A stretch of DNA of 64,000 nucleotides from Mobula hypostoma. Taxonomy: Eukaryota. The number at the start of each line of letters is the position of its first letter. The stretch's first letter is position 1. Made by a program: the position numbers and the translations under genes. Under the pieces are notes generated by a model. That model did no database searches. It saw nothing but the letters and a program-made list of their open reading frames with translations, and was not told where the DNA came from. This document shows positions 58,986 to 64,000 of this stretch, one piece after another. The stretch lies in the NCBI RefSeq assembly GCF_963921235.1, contig NC_086117.1, positions 16,616,001 through 16,680,000 of the forward strand, written 5' to 3'.

Positions 58986-60005
58986 AATTATTTCCTATTC
59001 AAAAATTTAAAAAGTGAACAAGAAGGAAAAGACCTGAAACTGCTGGAAACTGTTGGCATTGAAGCTTGAAGTACCTGGCAACCCCACCAATATTGTCTGT
59101 GGAGATGTTGTGAACATTATTCCTAATGACTGCTGATTTCTTTCTGCTTACCTCAAGTTATCTATTAAAAAACAGCAAGCATATATTTAAATATGATAAA
59201 TATTTTTGTCTTCAATGTCATGAAATTTGTTGTTTTGTGGCAGCAATATAGTGCAAAGATATAAAATTATGATAGATTATAAAATAAATGAAGGAATAAC
59301 AAGCTGGTGTTCATGGATTGATGGACCCTCAGAAATCCATTTAAGGAGGGGAAGAAGCTGTTCCTGGATTGTTGAGTGTAGATCTTCAGGTTCCTCCTCC
59401 CAGGTACCACTGCAGATACCTCCTCCCTGATGGTATTATTGAGAAGAGGGCATGTCATGGATTGTGAGGGTACTTAACTATGACTGCCATCTTCTTGAGG
59501 CATTGCCCCTTGAAGATGTTCTCAATGGTGGAGAGAGTTGTGCCTATGATGGAACTGGTTGAGTCTACAACCCTCTGTAGTTTCCTTCGAACCTGTACAT
59601 TGGAGCCTCTATAATGGGCTGTGATCCAACTGACCAAAATGTTCTCCACTATACAGTACATATAGAAATTTGCAAGAGTCTGTAGTGACATACTAAATCT
59701 TCTCAAACTCCTAACGAAGTAGAGCCACTCACATGATTGCATCAGTGTTTTGGGACCTGGAAAGATCCTCTGAGATGTTAATATGCATGAGCTTAAAGCT
59801 GCACATCCTTTCCGCCACTGAGCTCTCAATGAGAATTGGTGTGCATTCTCCCAAATTTCCCTTCCTGAAGATCGCAATCAATTCCTTGATTTTGCTGACA
59901 GTGGGTGGGAGGTTGTTGTTGCAACACAACGCAACCAGCCAATGAACCTTATTCCTGTATGCCTCCTCATTGCCATCTGAGATTTTTACCAACAACACTG
60001 GTGTC

Positions 60006-61036
60006 GAATACACTCTTTTCGGGCTTCCAGCTGGGTACAGGTATCGATTTTAACCGACATTTCAACAACAAAATCTGCCATCTTCATCAGGGATGATGCC
60101 TAGGCATGTCTAGTGTAGTGGTGTATATATAACCGCGTCATCCATCCCACTTGATTGGTTAGTCCTCATCCAATCAGGTTTCTGTTGTCTCACTTTGTAA
60201 CCAATCGAATTCCAGTTCTTCATTAGAGTGAGACCTTCGTCTTTGGATTCTTTTTCTCTAGTTTTATTTCAATGGCTTCCTTCACCAGGCAGTCCCAAAA
60301 GTCACTGATACAGCACAGTAGTTTTGTGCTGTAGAAGTCAATCCTATGGCCATTGCAAATACATTGTTCTGCTACTGCCAATTTCTCTGGATACACCTCC
60401 CATGCTCCTTGATGTGGGTTTCCACTGTGTACCTCAATTGGCCGATATGCGTTGCTCTGCATTCAGAGGAATCCTGTAACCACCAGCTGTCCTGAGTCCC
60501 AGGTCACCCTTGTCCTGCATAAGCTGTGATTTGAGTTTCCTTAAGGGTTTGTGGACGTTATTAATCTCGTATTTCCCACATCAAGGAGCACAGGAGGTGT
60601 ATCTGTTTGGGTTACCCGGAGAAATCAGCGGTAGCAAAACACTGTATTCCCAAGGACCACAGGATTGACTTCAACAGCACAAAACTACTGTGCCATACAA
60701 ATGGCTTTTGTGACCAACTGGTGAAGGAAGCCATAGAAATAAAACTAGAGAGAAAGAATTTTAACAAAGATGAGGGTCTCGCTCTAAGTAAGAACAGGAA
60801 TTTGATTGTAATCAAGGTGGAACAGCGGAAACCTGATTGGATGAGGACTAGCCAATTAGATGGGATGGACTATGGGAGTATATATGCCACTGGACTAGTC
60901 ATGCCTAGATAACATCCCTGATGAAGATGGCAGAGTTTGTCATTGAAGTGTCAGCTAAAACTAATACCTGCGCCTAACAGGAAGCCCAAGAAGAGTTTAT
61001 TCATCATATATGCTAGGAAAGCACTAGATTCTTTTT
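60006..61036. mobile_element. Second PLE family: two inverted 3' fragments (tails outward) with 13-bp TSD
   Basis: ORFs 60223-60462 (-) and 60607-60912 (+) encode the same GIY-YIG C-terminus (AVAxHC...LVKEAIEIK...NKDEG). TSD CAAYACTGGTGTC at 59993-60005 and 61037-61049. Confidence 0.8.
60052..60094 (-). ncRNA. Hammerhead ribozyme motif, second family (partner copy at 60914-60956 +)
   Basis: CC-CUGAUGA-A-GAUGGCA(GAUUU)UGUUGUU-GAAA-UG-UC-GG. The core is intact, stem II is wobble-rich and stem I is weak. The plus-strand copy has GAAG in place of GAAA. Confidence 0.55.
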
Positions 61037-61807
61037 CAATACTGGTGTCATCTGTGATTTTATAATGGTGTTTGAGCTGTGCCTAGCCAAACAGTTATAA
61101 ACGTAGAGAGAGTAGAGTAGTGGACTAAGCACATATCCTTCAGGTGCATCTATATTGATCGGCAGCAAAGAAGAGATGTTATCACCAATCTGTATTGACT
61201 GTGGTCCGATGAGGCAGTCAAGAATCCAGTTGTAGAATAGTAAAAGTTATTTTTAAAAGCAAAAAACTACGTGAATGCAACTGCAAGACTTTTCAGCAAA
61301 AGCATAGCACCTGGTGTGTCATACACAACTACAGCGAAAGGTTAAAAATCAAGGGTAATCCACGGTAGCTCTAATCTAAACCAGATGTCCGTGTCTCAAT
61401 ATACGCCATGCAAAAGTTTAAGTTGCTATACAAACAGATGATCTTCCATTAAACAAGAGGAAATGTAGTCACCTCTTCGAGAATGCAAGAGTTTATATGA
61501 TGCTGGAATAGTTAAACAAATATTGGAGGGTAAAGAAAACAAATTAAAGATTTTTTAAATTGCTCTCCCCTCCCTCATCTCTCCACAGACATACTTTCCA
61601 CATGTTGTCTCAGAACCACACATTACCTGCAAATAACATCTTTCAAATCCCATATGACTGGAAAAACTTCATCGTGATCCACACTTAAAATATTTTTCTT
61701 TCTCTTCTGCCACCTGGCTTTCATTCAATGCCTCCCACACTACAGCTCCCGACGGCTGAAATTCAGCAAGGCAACTTACTAATAAACAAGCTATAGCAAC
61801 ACTTTAG

Positions 61808-61965
61808 CAACACTCATAAAATGCTGGTGGAATTCTTGCTCTTCAAGACCTTTCATCAGGACCCAAAATGTTGACAGTTTATTCCCTTCCATAGATTCTC
61901 CTGATCCGCTGAGTTTCTCTAGCATTTTGTATGTTACCCTGGATTTGCAGAATCTCCTGTGTTTT
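61808..61965. mobile_element. Palindromic PLE-terminus element (degenerate)
   Basis: AAAATGCTGG...AGCATTTT inverted arms, with hammerhead halves (TTCATCAGGAC / CCCAAAATGTTGAC) at the turn. Confidence 0.6.
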
Positions 61966-62110
61966 TCAATCCAGAGTTTCAGTTATGTGGCTCAGTTTCA
62001 GTTATTTGTCATACTTTGGTTGGTACTCACACTGCAGTATTGGATGGTTATTAACCTAAAATGATAACTTTATTTGTTTCTCTACAGTTACTCCCTCAAC
62101 TTTTCCAGTA

Positions 62111-63679
62111 CAGGTTTCCCCCGCCATCCGAAGGTACAGCGTTCTTATGAAACGGTTCGTAAGCCGAAATGTCGTAAAGCGAAGAAGCAATTACCATTTA
62201 TTTATATGGGAAAATTTTGTGAGCATTCGCAGACCCAAAAATAACCTACCAAATCATGCCAAATAACAGTAACATATAGTAAAAGCAGGAATGATATGAT
62301 AAATACACAGCCTATATAAAGTAGAAATACTTTTCCACTATCATTACCGAACTGTTCTCCGTAGCGAAAATCTCACACAAGCGCCGTCAGCAGAAAATCT
62401 CACGCAAGCGCTGTTGGCAAAAACACGGCGCAAGCACTCTCCAGTAACCTTTAAGCTATGAAGCTGCCAAATCATACCAAATAACACGTAAAAATACACA
62501 GCCAATATAAAGTAGAAATAATGTATGTACAGTGTAGTATCACTTACCGGAATCGGGAAGACAGCGCCGAGCACACGGATGATGGTGCGTTAGACTGAGT
62601 CGTCGCAGGTTGGATGGTGCAGTGACCCCCACCCTCCAGGCCGCCGAGCAAAACATTGCCATGAAGCATGCAGGGGTGCAGCGGTAGCCAGGAGGCACAC
62701 AGCACATCTTTAAGAAAAAAGCCGAAACAAACATGCTGATTAATTAGGTGCCGCCCAGCACGTAATTGACGGCCCAGATCAGTGCCGATTTCCAATTGCG
62801 TTGTCTCTGATCTGGGCCGACAATTACGTGTCAGCGGCACCTAATTAATTAGCATGTTTATTTCGGCTTTCTTCTTAAAGATGTGCTGTGTGCCTCCCGG
62901 CTACCGTTGCATTCTCCGCGAATTGGTATCTGTCCGTGGCCTGGAGGTTGGAGTGGTGGGACACTGGGGTGTCATCTCGTCATCTGTTTCCATTAGAGCA
63001 GGCAGCTCATCTTCTCCTATGCCTCGATGTCGAAGGTTGAGGTTCGTCGTCTGCTGTGGCTGATGTGTAAGGCTTGCATGACTGCTGAGCCTCGTGCAAT
63101 TTTCTATCACACAGTTCTTTGTAAGGACTCAAACCATCATGCAAATATTCCCTAAACCAACGTACTCTTTCAAAATTAAAGTCGTACTTTATCATTACTC
63201 ATTCGGCTTCGATTGTTATCCTTTTTTCTTCCAATTGCATCAGCTCTTCATCTGTCAGTTCTTGGTCATGGGATGCCAAAACCTCTTCAACATCATGTTC
63301 GTCAGCTTCCATAAGCCAAGCTCACTTTGTCCTTACTTCGTTCACCACGAGTGAAACGCTTAATTATGTCTAGTTTTACGCTAAGTATAACACCCTTACG
63401 AGCTCTTTTAGGCTTTTCCGATACCATAGAACTCATCTTGCAAATGGCTGCTCATAGGCACGTGTTAAAGCAATGTCGTTCCGAATCCGGGGAGAGTGGC
63501 TGCTCAGGGCACACGCTGCCTTTTATTGCGCGCTGATTTTTTTGCGTGATTTTTTTTTCACGCGCTTTCTTTTCGTAACAGTGAAAACACCTTCTGAAAG
63601 CGAAAACAGGGTACTAATGTAGGTCTTTTCTAACAGTGAGGTTTTGTAAAGCGAATGTTCGAAAAGCAGGGGACACTTG
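62111..63679 (-). mobile_element. Second copy of the Tigger/pogo-like deletion derivative
   Basis: TA flanks at 62109-10 and 63680-81. Colinear with 37315-38878, including the same internal deletion and hairpin. Confidence 0.88.
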
Positions 63680-64000
63680 TACCATTTATTTATATGGGAA
63701 AATTTTGTGAGCGTTCGCAGACCCAAAAATAACCTACCAAATCATGCCAAATAACAGATAAAACCTAAAATAACAGTAACAGAGAGTAAAAGCAGGAATG
63801 ATATGATAAATACACAGCTTATATAAAGTAGAAATACTTTTCCACAATCATTGCCTGAACTGTCCTCCGTAGCGAAAATCTCATGCAAGTGCCATCGGCA
63901 AAAACACAGCACAAGCTCTCTCCAGTAACCTTTAAGTTATGAAGCTGCCAAATCATACCAAATAACACCTAAAAATACACAGCCGATATAAAGTAGAAGT
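63680..64000 (-). mobile_element. Third, end-truncated copy of the same Tigger-like element (runs off the window)
   Basis: Begins at the internal TA of ...AATTACCATTTATT... and lacks about 80 terminal bp. Confidence 0.8.

Larger units (their letters stand above)
59205..61232 (-). mobile_element. Rex/Babar-type LINE fragment split by a PLE insertion at its xDDT motif
   Basis: ORFs 59455-59877 and 59729-60013. YKITDDT lies at about 61041-61065 and continues left of 60005. Confidence 0.75.

Overview
Vertebrate genomic DNA. The repeat landscape (CR1 LINEs, V-SINE/HE1-like SINEs, Penelope-like elements, Rex-type LINEs) suggests a cartilaginous fish, probably a ray (inference). Two host genes lie in tandem on the minus strand, both volume-regulated anion channel (VRAC) subunits. 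(1) A canonical LRRC8A with coding exons 36371-34215 and 28577-28302, giving 719+91 = 810 aa. (2) About 24 kb downstream, an intact single-coding-exon, strongly diverged LRRC8D-like paralogue (4594-2102, 830 aa). Its position next to LRRC8A mirrors the mammalian LRRC8C->LRRC8D tandem, so it is a candidate extra VRAC subunit with no human counterpart at this locus, and it has unusual pore and TM2 residues. The rest is intronic or intergenic and dense in nested transposable elements: five large CR1 copies, a 3'-truncated L1, Rex-type LINEs, hAT, Tigger/pogo and Tc1 relics, and SINEs. The Penelope-like element (PLE) termini carry minimal type I hammerhead ribozyme motifs of two families. These include one copy with an intact core, a tandem pair that could fold into an intramolecular double hammerhead about 0.7 kb upstream of the LRRC8D-like coding exon, and several palindromic 'tails-out' insertions, two of them with target-site duplications (TSDs). 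Non-coding 5' exons and promoters could not be located from sequence alone. TE boundaries without a TSD are approximate.
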